Below are positions 1 to 10,273 of a stretch of 64,000 nucleotides of DNA, in pieces; the stretch's first letter is position 1; every line of letters begins with the position of its first letter. Location of the stretch: NCBI GenBank assembly GCA_012838425.1, contig DUPG01000011.1, positions 489 to 64,488 on the forward strand, given 5' to 3'. The notes under the pieces are model-generated. The model did not search any database. It worked only from the letters and a program-made list of their open reading frames with translations, and was not told the origin of the DNA. The DNA is from Clostridiales bacterium (GTDB lineage: Bacteria > Bacillota > Clostridia > Christensenellales > CAG-138). The translations under genes and the position numbers were made by a program.

Positions 1-228
1 AAAAAGTGCGAATTTTCTCCGCGTTTTTTATAACTGCAAAGTGAAAGGGTAAATAATCTTTCAAGTTCTTTGACAACTGAATACACATTCATCAGATACA
101 TTCCTTGTGCTAAGGGAAACCTCAAGCCGTGACTGTAGGTGCGCCATTACCCTTCCATTTAAGAAGGTGAGCGATAAAACTTATATAGCGAAAGCCGATT
201 TGCTCTCGGTGGTGGCGATGACAGGTGC

Positions 229-454
229 AAGGGATATCATCGAGGCAATGCGCAGCGGTGTGGGGCAAAACATACGTATATTTGATACTGAAATACCGCA
301 TTCTGTCAGAGCGGCTGAGTGCAGTGGGAAGGGCGTGAGCATTTTACCCACGATGCAAACGTAAAGGTGGCGAATGCTTATCGTGCATTGACAAAGGAGG
401 CGGCGAAGCTTGGCCGAGAGATCCAAAATCGATCTGGAGATGACAGGATACGAT
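229..454 (+). pseudogene. Frameshifted 3' remnant of a ParA/Soj-family ATPase of the type found on Firmicute integrative elements
   Basis: ...NIRIFDTEIPHSVRAAECSGKGVSI, then after a 1-nt frameshift near 345 THDANVKVANAYRALTKEAAKLGREIQNRSGDDRIR*. This is a typical ParA C-terminus; no Walker A N-terminus is present. Confidence 0.65.
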
Positions 455-487
455 GAGTTATTCATGAATGACGAGGAGCGAAAAGAA
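410..487 (+). pseudogene. 5' remnant of a ParB-like gene overlapping the parA remnant
   Basis: AAGGAGG RBS, TTG start, then LAERSKIDLEMTGYDELFMNDEERKE, resembling the N-terminus of element-borne ParB proteins. Similarity stops abruptly. Confidence 0.45.
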
Positions 488-639
488 TGTACAATGTACT
501 ATGGCAGTACACACCCAGTGCAACAGGATGGCATACAGTTTTCAACTCCTCAAGTGATGTTTTTACAGTGCCACGAAGCGTAGCAAGGTGGAACTGGTTT
601 CATGGCATGCGCCTGATTTTTCAGTTCAATAGAAGCTTG

Positions 640-850
640 CTTTACACTGAATGAAGATGCCCTTCGGGCAAATGAAGACGCCTGTGGGCAAATGAAGACA
701 CGCTTGCGCCTGAATGAGGATAAACAAGCGTAGGCGCGCATTGCGCGTCCGCAATTTATGGAGAAAGTAAGCGACACCTCGCCCGAATTAAGGCACGCTG
801 CGCCCGAATGAATACGGCGACAAGCTGCCGAATGGAGAATTCGCTTGTGA
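640..850. repeat. Hairpin-linker array (AATGAAGA linker) with an embedded REP-like palindrome
   Basis: AATGAAGA-tgcccttcgggca-AATGAAGA-cgcctgtgggca-AATGAAGA...; gtaggcgcgcattgcgcgtccgc at 730-752. 781-847 is nearly identical to the reverse complement of ~16400-16468. Confidence 0.85.
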
Positions 851-1022
851 ATAATGAAATTATACGGATAAGAAATGATGGTTTTGGATTTCCCGTTTTC
901 TTTGCACATAACTAAGAAATTGGTGTTTGCATATCATTGAGGGTTAAATTTGATTTCTGTGGACAAAGAAAGAGATATATAATATAGCATAATTCAGGGT
1001 CATAATCATACAAATTTCGAAA

Positions 1023-1135
1023 GCAGACGCGCAATGCGTGCCCATGCAATATTATTTGTCGTTCGGGCGCAGTTCATCTTCATTCAACAGCTTTGCAGTT
1101 GTCGTCATTCGGCGGTAAGGCCGCTGTCTTTATGC
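1023..1135. repeat. REP-like palindrome plus degenerate TCTTCATT hairpin array
   Basis: gacgcgcaatgcgtgcccatgca, then tcttcatt-caacagctttgcagttg-tcgtcatt-cggcggtaaggccgctg. Confidence 0.7.
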
Positions 1136-1164
1136 TTTACATAATAGAAATTAAGTAATATAAT
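1136..1164 (+). promoter_or_regulatory. sigma-A type promoter of the gcv operon
   Basis: TTTACA-17 nt-TATAAT, 43 nt upstream of the gcvT ATG. Confidence 0.65.
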
Positions 1165-1207
1165 AACAAGCAGTGCTTAGGCATCAGAATTCGCTTAGGA
1201 GGGCAAA

Positions 1208-2287
1208 ATGGACTCATTGAAGAAGACTCCGCTGTATGACACTCATGTAAAATTAGGCGGAAAGATGGTTGATTTCGGCGGCTGGGCATTACCCGTTCAG
1301 TACAGCTCTATTTTAGAGGAGCACAAGGCGGTTCGCGAAAGAGCAGGGCTGTTCGACGTATCGCATATGGGCGAAATATTCGTAGAGGGCAAGGACGCGT
1401 TTTCTTTCCTGCAACACATGGTTACAAATGATTTGACAAGCATGACCGAAAACCGCTGCCGCTATTCGCCTATGTGCTATGAGAACGGCGGAACGGTTGA
1501 CGATATTCTCGTATATAAGTTCTCAGATACGCGCTACCTGCTGGTTGTAAACGCAAGCAATACGGATAAGGATTACGAGTGGCTGGTTAAGAATTCAGCC
1601 GGCTTTGATGTAAAATTAGAAAATCAATCGGCTTCATGGGCGCAGCTGGCATTGCAGGGTCCTAAGTTCATGGAAGTCTTAAATAAGTTGAATGTTGAGG
1701 GCGAAATTCCCGCTAAGAATTATACATTTAACCCCGAAATCAAGCTGAATTCGGTTCCCTGCCTGGTTTCGCGCACGGGCTACACAGGTGAGGACGGCGT
1801 AGAGATTTACTGCAAGGCCGAATACGGTGAGAGGATTCACGAAATGCTTATGGAAGCAGGCAAGGATATAGGTATGCTGCCCTGCGGACTTGGCGCAAGG
1901 GATACATTGAGATTCGAAGCCTCAATGCCGCTTTACGGGCATGAGATTACCGCGGATATTACTCCTAAGGAAGCCGGCTTGGGCTTTGCAATAAAGCTGA
2001 ATAAAGAGGAGTTCATAGGTAAGGAAGCGTTGATGGAAGAACCTAAGCGCGTTCGCATAGGCTTGAAGCTCATAGACAAGGGAATAGCAAGAGAGCATTA
2101 CGATGTATATGTTGGCGATAAGCTGGTAGGCTTTACTACATCAGGCGGCATTGCTCCCACGGTAGGCGGCAATCTCGCTATGGCGCTTGTATGCACCTGC
2201 GTAAAGGACGAGCAGATATTCGAAATAGAGGTTCGCAACAAGCGCTTGAAGGCGGAAAAGGTCGCGCTGCCTTTTTATAAGAGATAA
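1208..2287 (+). CDS. gcvT: Glycine cleavage system T protein (aminomethyltransferase)
   Basis: LKKTPLYDTH, GLFDVSHMGEI, SRTGYTGEDGVEI and GLGARDTLRFEA motifs; AGGAGG RBS. Confidence 0.97.
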   Translation: MDSLKKTPLYDTHVKLGGKMVDFGGWALPVQYSSILEEHKAVRERAGLFDVSHMGEIFVEGKDAFSFLQHMVTNDLTSMTENRCRYSPMCYENGGTVDDILVYKFSDTRYLLVVNASNTDKDYEWLVKNSAGFDVKLENQSASWAQLALQGPKFMEVLNKLNVEGEIPAKNYTFNPEIKLNSVPCLVSRTGYTGEDGVEIYCKAEYGERIHEMLMEAGKDIGMLPCGLGARDTLRFEASMPLYGHEITADITPKEAGLGFAIKLNKEEFIGKEALMEEPKRVRIGLKLIDKGIAREHYDVYVGDKLVGFTTSGGIAPTVGGNLAMALVCTCVKDEQIFEIEVRNKRLKAEKVALPFYKR

Positions 2288-2289
2288 GC

Positions 2290-2535
2290 GCGTTCGCTTT
2301 TTTTGAAAGAAAAGTAACAAAAGAACCATGCGCTATGCGCGAATGAAATATTGCTGCGCAACATGAAAACGGCAACGAGTTGCTGAATGAAAACAGCTTC
2401 ATGCTTTGCATGAAATTCAGCTACTCACGAAGTGAGCAATTTAGCTTGCCGAAGGCAGATTCGGCTGAAAGCGACAGCTTTCGATTTAGCTGTTCGCCTT
2501 GATTTTGCAGTAAGCCTTGCAAACAATTTAGCTTA
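2290..2535. repeat. Partial cap element plus ATGAAA- and ATTTAGC-linker hairpin arrays inside the gcv operon
   Basis: ttgaaagaaaagtaacaaaagaac; ATGAAAT-attgctgcgcaac; ATTCAGC-tactcacgaagtgagca-ATTTAGC-ttgccgaaggcag-ATTCGGC-tgaaagcgacagctttcg-ATTTAGC. Confidence 0.85.
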
Positions 2536-2578
2536 TATAACGCGCAAGCGTTAAATAAAAAACATGGAGGTTTATTTT

Positions 2579-2956
2579 ATGACACCTACTGACCGCAAAT
2601 ACACAAAGGAGCATGAATGGCTGCTCATCGAAGGCAATACCGTTAAAATCGGCATAACCGACCATGCTCAGGAAGCGTTGGGCGAGATAGTGTTCGTTGA
2701 GCTGCCGGGCGTTGGCGACGAGTTCGAGATTGGCGACTCCTTCGCTACGGTTGAGAGCGTAAAGGCGGCGTCAAGCATCTACACAGCCGCTAAGGGCAAG
2801 GTAATCGAGATAAACGAGAAATTAGACGCAGAACCCGAAGCAATAAACCAGGACGCTTACGCAAACTACTTGGTAGTTATGGAGTTTTCCGAAATCGACG
2901 AATCCCAGCTTATGAGTGCCGCCGAATACGACGAGTTTGTAAAGTCGGAGGAATAA
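2579..2956 (+). CDS. gcvH: Glycine cleavage system H protein (lipoyl carrier)
   Basis: YTKEHEW, IGITDHAQEALGEIVFVELP, ESVKAAS (lipoyl Lys). Start moved to the ATG after GGAGG. Confidence 0.96.
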   Translation: MTPTDRKYTKEHEWLLIEGNTVKIGITDHAQEALGEIVFVELPGVGDEFEIGDSFATVESVKAASSIYTAAKGKVIEINEKLDAEPEAINQDAYANYLVVMEFSEIDESQLMSAAEYDEFVKSEE

Positions 2957-2957
2957 A

Positions 2958-4307
2958 ATGAAAAGCTATGTTCCCCACACGGAGAACGAGCGTCGGGAAA
3001 TGCTTGAAAGCATCGGTGTTAAATCGATAGACGAGCTTTTTTCAGACGTTCCCGCTTCGCTATTGCTTAAAAGAAGGCTGAACATAGGCGAAGGCATGAG
3101 CGAGGTTGAAATCCGTAAAGCTTTCTTAGAGCTTGTAAACAAAAACAGAACAGACCTAAAGGTTTTCAGAGGCGCGGGGGCGTATAACCACTATATTCCC
3201 TCACTGGTGCTTGAGCTATCCGCGCGCAGCGAGCTATATACGGCGTACACTCCCTATCAGGCAGAGATGAGCCAAGGCATGCTGCAAGCGATATTCGAGT
3301 ATCAGACATTCATTTGCAGATTAACCGGGCTTGATGTTTCAAACGCCTCCGTATATGACGGCGCGACCGCTGCGGCGGAAGCTATGGTTATGATGCTGAA
3401 CGCCACGCGCAAGAAGAAGCTGCTTCTAAGCGCAGGCCTGCACCCCGAAGTAATCGAAACAGTAAAAACCTATGCGCACAGCATAGGAGTTGAAATAGTC
3501 GTCGTTCCGCTAAACGAAAAGGGCATGACGGATATTGCGCAATTAAAGGCGAACGCAGAGGGCTTTGCGGGGCTTATAGCGCAGAACCCCAACTTCTTCG
3601 GCGTAATAGAGGATATGAAGGCATTGGCGGACTGTGCGCATGAGTTAGGCGGCCTGTTCACAGCGTATGTGAACCCGATTGCCTTGGGAATGCTGAAGCG
3701 TCCTGCCGATTACGGCGCGGACATAGCGATAGGCGACGGACAGCCGCTTGGAGTGCCCATGTCGTTCGGAGGCCCGTACTTCGGATTCATGGCTTGCACC
3801 AACAAGCTTATACGCAACCTTCCCGGCAGAATTGCGGGGCAGACGGAGGACGCGGAGGGCAACAGAGCATTCGTTCTGACCTTGCAGGCGAGAGAACAGC
3901 ATATAAGACGCGACAAGGCGTCAAGCAATATATGCTCCAACCAAATGCTTTGCGCTATTATGGCAAGTATCTATATGGCTGTTATGGGTAAGCACGGCAT
4001 AAAAGAGGTAGCCGAGCAATGCTTGCAGAAGGCGCATTATTTGGCGGACGGCTTAACTCAAATCAAGGGCTTTAAGCTGCGCTATGCTTCACCCTTCTTC
4101 CATGAATTCGTAACAGATTGCGAATATGACGCTGAAAAGCTGAACGACGCGCTTAAAGCAAAGGGCTTTATGGGCGGCTTGCCCTTGGGCAGAGTGATAA
4201 AGGGCGAGCATGGTATGCTGTGGTGCGTTACAGAGATGAACAGCAGGCAGGATATAGACGACTTGATTTGCGCTGTTGAGTCAATAGTTAAGGAGGGATT
4301 GGCATGA
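2958..4307 (+). CDS. gcvPA: Glycine dehydrogenase (decarboxylating) subunit 1
   Basis: [46 protein letters not shown]. Confidence 0.97.
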   Translation: MKSYVPHTENERREMLESIGVKSIDELFSDVPASLLLKRRLNIGEGMSEVEIRKAFLELVNKNRTDLKVFRGAGAYNHYIPSLVLELSARSELYTAYTPYQAEMSQGMLQAIFEYQTFICRLTGLDVSNASVYDGATAAAEAMVMMLNATRKKKLLLSAGLHPEVIETVKTYAHSIGVEIVVVPLNEKGMTDIAQLKANAEGFAGLIAQNPNFFGVIEDMKALADCAHELGGLFTAYVNPIALGMLKRPADYGADIAIGDGQPLGVPMSFGGPYFGFMACTNKLIRNLPGRIAGQTEDAEGNRAFVLTLQAREQHIRRDKASSNICSNQMLCAIMASIYMAVMGKHGIKEVAEQCLQKAHYLADGLTQIKGFKLRYASPFFHEFVTDCEYDAEKLNDALKAKGFMGGLPLGRVIKGEHGMLWCVTEMNSRQDIDDLICAVESIVKEGLA

Positions 4308-5749
4308 GAAAAGAGTATAATCTGATATTCGAGCGTTCTATTGAGGGGCATAGGGCGTATGATTTGCCCAATATAGATGTTCCTGTGCTTGATTCGCTTA
4401 TACCCTCCGAATATTTAAGCGAAACGGATATTCCCCTGCCCGAGCTGGCGGAAATAGATGTTGTTCGCCACTACACCAACCTTTCAAGGCGTAATTTCGG
4501 CGTTGACAACGGCTTTTACCCCTTAGGCTCTTGCACAATGAAGTATAATCCCAAAATCAACGAGGAAACCGCTAAGCTGTTTAATAACATTCACCCCTAC
4601 GCAGATCAGGACTGCGTGCAGGGCGCATTGCATATTATGGCGCACACAGCCGAAATGTTAGCCGAAATAGCTGGCATGGACGCCTGCTGCTTGCAGCCTG
4701 CCGCGGGCGCGCATGGCGAGCTTACGGGAATTATGCTTATTAAGGCGTATCACGAGTCGCGCAACGACTTTGACAGGAAGATAATAATAGTTCCCGACGC
4801 GGCGCATGGCACAAACCCCGCAACTGCGGCAATGGCAGGCTATAAAATAAAGGAGATAAAGAGCGCGGCCGACGGTGGCATAGACTTAGACGCGCTCAGG
4901 GCGGCGGTAGGTCCCGACACAGCAGGCTTGATGCTTACGAATCCCTCCACTTTGGGCTTGTTCGAGAAGAACATAATAGAGGTAGCAAGGATTGTTCACG
5001 ACGCAGGCGGACTTTTATACTATGACGGCGCGAACCTGAACGCTGTCATGGGCATAGTTCGCCCCGGCGATATGGGCTTTGATGTTATGCACATTAACTT
5101 GCATAAAACCTTCTCAACACCACATGGCGGCGGCGGTCCGGGCTCCGGTCCCGTGGCTGTGAAGGAGAAGCTGATACCCTTCCTGCCCAAGCCCGTAGTA
5201 AAGCGCACCGAAAACGGTTATGTGCTGGACTATGACAGACCGCAGTCGATAGGCAGGGTTAAGAATTTCTACGGTAATTTCTCCGTAATTGTTCGCGCAT
5301 ATACATACCTGCTTTCATTAGGCGCTGACGGTATTCGCGAGGCAGCCGAGAACGCTGTGCTTAATGCTAATTACATTCGCAGCAAGCTTCGCGGCGTATA
5401 TGACATTCCGTACGACAGAATATGTATGCACGAGTTTGTCGCAACGCCTAACGAGAAGATGAGGGCGAACCATGTTACGACTATGGATGTAGCAAAGTCG
5501 CTCATAGACAGGGGCTATCATCCGCCGACAATATACTTCCCGCTTATTGTTCATGAAGCTATGATGATAGAGCCGACCGAAACAGAGAGCAAGGCGACTT
5601 TAGACGCGTTCATAGAGGTTATGAAGCAGCTTGCGCACGAGGGCGAAACCAACCCCGAAGCGCTGCATAACGCTCCCGTAACCACACCCATAGGCAGACC
5701 TGACGATGTAAAGGCAGCAAGAATGCCAATAGTCAAGTTCTGCGAGTGA
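4304..5749 (+). CDS. gcvPB: Glycine dehydrogenase (decarboxylating) subunit 2
   Basis: [37 protein letters not shown] (PLP lysine), IEPTETESK. Confidence 0.97.
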   Translation: MRKEYNLIFERSIEGHRAYDLPNIDVPVLDSLIPSEYLSETDIPLPELAEIDVVRHYTNLSRRNFGVDNGFYPLGSCTMKYNPKINEETAKLFNNIHPYADQDCVQGALHIMAHTAEMLAEIAGMDACCLQPAAGAHGELTGIMLIKAYHESRNDFDRKIIIVPDAAHGTNPATAAMAGYKIKEIKSAADGGIDLDALRAAVGPDTAGLMLTNPSTLGLFEKNIIEVARIVHDAGGLLYYDGANLNAVMGIVRPGDMGFDVMHINLHKTFSTPHGGGGPGSGPVAVKEKLIPFLPKPVVKRTENGYVLDYDRPQSIGRVKNFYGNFSVIVRAYTYLLSLGADGIREAAENAVLNANYIRSKLRGVYDIPYDRICMHEFVATPNEKMRANHVTTMDVAKSLIDRGYHPPTIYFPLIVHEAMMIEPTETESKATLDAFIEVMKQLAHEGETNPEALHNAPVTTPIGRPDDVKAARMPIVKFCE

Positions 5750-5752
5750 TAA

Positions 5753-6106
5753 GTGGGGCGCTGCCCCATACCCCGCTGCTTTTCTTTGGAAGAAAAGCAG
5801 CAAAATAACAAGCTGTTCAATAATAAATGCAGGGCGAGTTGCTTCCCCTGCATTTTGATTGTATTGGCTTTCTCTTTTAGGGCGCTACGCCATATCCCAT
5901 TACTTTTCTTGAAAAAAAAGCAGCAAAAGAACAAGCTGTTATTTACAGCGTTGCGCAGCAGCATTAAGCTATTTGCGCAGCAAATAATTTAGCTGTTCGC
6001 GCAGCGAGAAATTTAGCATTGCGTAAGCAATATTTAGCTGTTCGCGCAGCGAATAATTCAGCTGTTTAATAGCAAATGCAGGGCGAGTTGCTTCCCCTGC
6101 ATTTTG
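5753..6106. repeat. Two cap elements, an ATTTAGC hairpin array and two copies of a 31-bp palindrome
   Basis: Caps at ~5753-5818 and ~5879-5942; array at 5946-6063; aaatgcagggcgagttgcttcccctgcattt at ~5825 and ~6074. Confidence 0.85.
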
Positions 6107-6283
6107 TTTGATAACTATTTACTTCATTTACGCATTGTATATTTGTTGTTTTCCGCACAAAATCGAACGCGCAATGCGTGCCCCTGCAATAGTTCTTCAA
6201 TCGGGTTTTATAACAAGACCATTTTATGTTGCGCGTGAGGCAATATTACATTGCGCAAGCATGTATGCTGCGACACACCTAAC

Positions 6284-6676
6284 AGGATATTTCATTCACG
6301 CGCAGCGTGTCTTCATTCGCTCCGAAGGAGCGTCTTCATTCGGGCTGTGCCCGTCTTCATGTCCGTAGGACAATCAATGTCCCCATTTTGCGCGTGCAAA
6401 CACGCATGAAGACAGCGGCTTTGCCGCTGAATGAAGATGCCTGCGGCAAATGAAGACAACAGCAAAGCTGTTGAATGAAGACGCCTTCGACGAATGACAA
6501 TAACCGGAAGCTGCTACGCGTAGAAAATGCAGTTTAATAAGTCAGGTTGCGGAGCAATGGTTTATTCTCGATAGGATATTTCATTCACGCGCAGCGTGTC
6601 TTCATTCGCTCCGAAGGAGCGTCTTCATTCGGGCTGTGCCCGTCTTCATGTCCGTAGGACAATCAATGTCCCCATT
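6284..6676. repeat. TCTTCATT/AATGAAGA hairpin arrays including an identical 104-bp direct repeat
   Basis: 6284-6387 equals 6573-6676 base for base; an opposite-orientation array lies at ~6400-6498. Confidence 0.9.
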
Positions 6677-6974
6677 CCTCCGGCGCGGGTATTGACGGCA
6701 GATTGCTTAAATTATTGCTCTCCGTGCCGTCGGGCAGCGATTTTAGGTATTCCGTGCCGCGCCTTTCCGATATTCCTACGCCTGCAATATCGCCGTTCTT
6801 GGCGGCCTGTATGGCTTCGTCCTTCGTCAATATTCTGCCGTCTGAAAGCTGGTAGCCTATCACGCGGCCGTTATCCTTTACTAACGCCGTTATTGTTTTC
6901 GCGTCGTCATTCGCTATGGGAAGCTGGCTCAACGCCGCATAGGGTAAATCCTGCCTGCCTTTCTGAATGCTCAT
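6663..6974 (-). CDS. DUF3892-family protein
   Basis: ITALVKDNGRVIGYQLSDG...YLKSLPDGTESNNLSNLP; GAGGAGG RBS. Confidence 0.8.
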   Translation of the reverse strand: MSIQKGRQDLPYAALSQLPIANDDAKTITALVKDNGRVIGYQLSDGRILTKDEAIQAAKNGDIAGVGISERRGTEYLKSLPDGTESNNLSNLPSIPAPEEWGH

Positions 6975-7100
6975 ATTATTCCCTCCTCATTTTTTACTGT
7001 TAGCGTTTGCGGAAAATAAAAAAGCTATTCATGGCGTGAATATTAACCGTGCTTATTGGCGAAAGCTATAATACGCAAATTACCGAAAGGAGAGCAGAAT

Positions 7101-7952
7101 ATGACTAATACATTTCCGCCGCAGCACCAGCCGCAGCACCCGGGCAATCAGGAGCGCATGAACCCCAAGCCCGTAACATACGATGACAGCTACATAGGCA
7201 CTAATAAGCTAAAAGACATGGTAGCCATAGTTACAGGCGGCGACAGCGGCATAGGGCAGGCGATTGCCATTATATACGCAAAGGAGGGTGCTAACATTGT
7301 TGTTCCGTACTTCACAGAGTCGGGCGACGCGAATGAAACCGCCCGTATAGTTCAGCAAACGGGCAGGCGCTGCGTACTTGTTAAGTGCGATTTAAGGCAG
7401 GAGCAATCGGCGCGAGAGGTAGTTGATACGACTTTGCGCGAATTCGGCAAAATTGATATTTTGGTGAACAATATAGCTGTGCAGTATCCCCAAAACAGCA
7501 TAGAGGATATTACGGCAGAACAGCTTGACAACACGTTCAAGACCAACATTTACAGCTATTTCTTTATGACAAAGGCGGTATTGCCGCACTTGAAGGCAGG
7601 CTCGGCGATTATAAACACCACATCTGTTACGGCGTACAAGGGCAGTACGGACTTAATAGACTATTCGGCGACCAAGGGCGCGATAGTGTCATTCACAAGG
7701 TCATTGTCGCTTTCGTTGGCTCAGCGAGAGATTCGTGTGAACGCAGTAGCGCCCGGACCTGTATGGACTCCTCTGATACCTTCAAGCTTTTCACCAGAGA
7801 AGGTAGAGCAGTTCGGCAGCGATGTTCCCATGCAGAGAGCCGCACAGCCGGTTGAGATTGCCCCCGCGTATGTATATCTTGCTTCAAAGGATTCGTCATT
7901 CGTTACAGGGCAGGTAATGCACTTAAACGGAGGAGTTATAACGGAGAGCTGA
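7101..7952 (+). CDS. Short-chain dehydrogenase/reductase (YhxC/YdaD-like)
   Basis: TGGDSGIG, YSATK catalytic motif, VNAVAPGPVWTPLIP. Start moved to the ATG after AAGGAG. Confidence 0.92.
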   Translation: MTNTFPPQHQPQHPGNQERMNPKPVTYDDSYIGTNKLKDMVAIVTGGDSGIGQAIAIIYAKEGANIVVPYFTESGDANETARIVQQTGRRCVLVKCDLRQEQSAREVVDTTLREFGKIDILVNNIAVQYPQNSIEDITAEQLDNTFKTNIYSYFFMTKAVLPHLKAGSAIINTTSVTAYKGSTDLIDYSATKGAIVSFTRSLSLSLAQREIRVNAVAPGPVWTPLIPSSFSPEKVEQFGSDVPMQRAAQPVEIAPAYVYLASKDSSFVTGQVMHLNGGVITES

Positions 7953-9400
7953 TGAATAAGTCATTATGGGAAAGTGAAGTAAGTATCCCCCCGCGCGAAG
8001 CCCTGACAGGCAGCATGAAAACCGATGTCGCGATAATAGGCGCAGGGCTTTGCGGCATTCTGACGGCCTACCTGCTTCAAAAGAAGGGCATAGACTGCAT
8101 AGTGCTTGAAGCAGACAGAATCGGCAGCGGGCAGACGGGGAGAACCACCGCCAAAATCACAAGTCAGCACGGACTGCGCTATGGCAAGCTGATTAAGGCT
8201 TTCGGCGAGGAACAGGCGAAGCAGTACGCTAAGGCGAATCAGGAAGCTATTACTGCTTTCAGAAAAATAGTAAGCGACTTGAATATAGAGTGCGATTTTA
8301 CAGAATTACCTGCGTATCTCTACACCACAACCGATAAGGACGTGCTATGCGAGGAGCTGGCAGCGGCGCGCAGGCTTGGTATTGACGCGGATTTGACCGA
8401 TATTCCCGATTTGCCTATTAAAACAATCGCCGCGTTGCGTTTTTTCAATCAGGCGCAGTTTCAGCCGCTTAAATTCTTAGCCGCATTGGCTGAAAAAGTG
8501 AAAGTATTTGAAAAAACAAAGGTAATTGAGGTTAAAGAGGGAGAGGCGGCAACCGAAAAGGGCAGCGTATTCGCTAATAACATAGTTTTAGCTGTGCATT
8601 ATCCTTTTATAATCACTCCCGGCTACTATTTTTTGCGTATGCACCAAGAGCGCTCATACGCGATTGCGCTTGATAACGCCCCCAACATAAAGGGAATGTA
8701 TATAGGTATTGAGGAAAACGGGCTGTCGTACAGAAACAGCGGGCATCACCTTATAATAGCGGGCGGCAACCACAGGGCAGGCGAGAACACGGAGGGCGGA
8801 AAGTATGAGGAGTTACGCCATGCGGCGCAGCAGTATTTTCCCGAATGTACAGAAGTGGCGCATTGGTCGGCACAGGACTGTATGCCAATAGACGGTGTTC
8901 CCTACATAGGGCTTTTCTCAAAGTCAACTCCAAATTTATATGTAGGCACAGGCTTTCAGAAATGGGGAATGTCAACATCAATGGCAGCCGCACGCGTAAT
9001 TTCAGAAATGATTATAGGAAACGAGCACCCGTACCCCGTATTTTCGCCGCAAAGGTTTAAGCTGTCGCCCTCCGCAAAGGCGCTGTACGGCGAGGGAGTA
9101 CATTCGGTAAAGGGCTTGAGCAAGGGATTTTTCCATATTCCCAAGGAAACCGTCGATTCTGTAAAAAATTCCTCAGGCGCTATTGTAGAGCATAATGGCG
9201 AGAAGTACGCGGTATATAAAGACGAAAACGGCAAAGTGTATGCGGTTTCGCCGCGCTGTACGCACATGGGCTGCCAGCTTGAGTGGAATCCCGACGAGCT
9301 GAGCTGGGATTGCCCCTGCCACGGTTCGCGCTTTGATATTTACGGAAAAGTCATAGATAATCCCGCATTGAAGGATTTATCGGCATACAAATATGAGTAA
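7952..9400 (+). CDS. FAD-dependent oxidoreductase with C-terminal Rieske [2Fe-2S] domain (YhfW-like)
   Basis: GAGLCG dinucleotide motif; CTHMGC and WDCPCHGSRF Rieske motifs. Confidence 0.92.
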   Translation: MNKSLWESEVSIPPREALTGSMKTDVAIIGAGLCGILTAYLLQKKGIDCIVLEADRIGSGQTGRTTAKITSQHGLRYGKLIKAFGEEQAKQYAKANQEAITAFRKIVSDLNIECDFTELPAYLYTTTDKDVLCEELAAARRLGIDADLTDIPDLPIKTIAALRFFNQAQFQPLKFLAALAEKVKVFEKTKVIEVKEGEAATEKGSVFANNIVLAVHYPFIITPGYYFLRMHQERSYAIALDNAPNIKGMYIGIEENGLSYRNSGHHLIIAGGNHRAGENTEGGKYEELRHAAQQYFPECTEVAHWSAQDCMPIDGVPYIGLFSKSTPNLYVGTGFQKWGMSTSMAAARVISEMIIGNEHPYPVFSPQRFKLSPSAKALYGEGVHSVKGLSKGFFHIPKETVDSVKNSSGAIVEHNGEKYAVYKDENGKVYAVSPRCTHMGCQLEWNPDELSWDCPCHGSRFDIYGKVIDNPALKDLSAYKYE

Positions 9401-10262
9401 GATTCCTAAAAAGCGTTCGTATTTCTGCGGCTGGTATGTAAAGCAGCAAAACGCTTCTGATGTGGTTGCGTTTATTCCCGCATTTCATGTGAACGAAAAG
9501 GGGCAGGAGGCCGCTTCTCTTCAAGTTATTACAGAGGATTTCGCCGCGAGCTTCGATTACAGCATAAACGAGCTTAGCTTCGATAAAAAACGCTTTTTTG
9601 TACGCGTGGGCGATAATATTTTTTCGGAAAACTATTGCTCTGTGAAAATAAAAGAAAATGGCTATGATATCGAGGGCACATTGCGCTATGTACGCTTCAC
9701 AAAGCCTAATTATGATGTAATGGGCCCGTTTCGTCTGCTTCCTTTGGAGTGCAGGCATTTTGTTTTGAGCTTGACTCATCAGGTTTGGGGCGAGCTGCTT
9801 GTAAACGGCAGGAAAATTGCCTTTGAAAATTCAAGAGGCTATGTCGAGGGCGACTTGGGCAGGTCATTTCCCGAAAACTATATCTGGACGCAGGTGCTGT
9901 TTGACAATAACAGCATATTCGCGGCTGTCGCCGATGTTCCTGTGTTCAATAAAAGCATTACCGGCATAGCTGCAATAATACTTTACAGGCATAAGCAGTA
10001 TAGATTCGCAACATACTTGGGCGCAAGAATCGAGCATTTGACCTCAAAAAGCGTATATATCAGGCAGGGAAATATGTCGCTGTATATTGAGCGGCAGGAT
10101 TTCAGAGGTAAAAACCTGTTAGCGCCTAAAAACGGCAGTATGGAGCGCATTGTTCACGAATGCCCCTCCTGCACCGTGCGCTACTGCTTCGCCATAAAAG
10201 ATGAAATAGTGTTTGATATTATAAGCGAGCTGGCTTCGTATGAGTATAATTTGACAAGTTAG
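9393..10262 (+). CDS. Tocopherol-cyclase-family protein
   Basis: [15 protein letters not shown]...[28 protein letters not shown]. Confidence 0.7.
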   Translation: MSKIPKKRSYFCGWYVKQQNASDVVAFIPAFHVNEKGQEAASLQVITEDFAASFDYSINELSFDKKRFFVRVGDNIFSENYCSVKIKENGYDIEGTLRYVRFTKPNYDVMGPFRLLPLECRHFVLSLTHQVWGELLVNGRKIAFENSRGYVEGDLGRSFPENYIWTQVLFDNNSIFAAVADVPVFNKSITGIAAIILYRHKQYRFATYLGARIEHLTSKSVYIRQGNMSLYIERQDFRGKNLLAPKNGSMERIVHECPSCTVRYCFAIKDEIVFDIISELASYEYNLTS

Positions 10263-10273
10263 GAGAAGGAAGC

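Noticed and set aside
550-909. ORFs called over intergenic arrays (also 5551-5992, 6108-6368, 6596-7003, 23186-23497, 53395-53580, 60944-61238)
   Set aside because: No RBS or family motifs; recurring peptides such as LHSGCARLH and KNKLLFTALR are just translations of repeat modules.
900-1207. Glycine riboswitch upstream of gcvT
   Set aside because: No GGAGA...CCGAAG aptamer motifs; the hairpins belong to the repeat family and the promoter lies only ~43 nt before the ATG.
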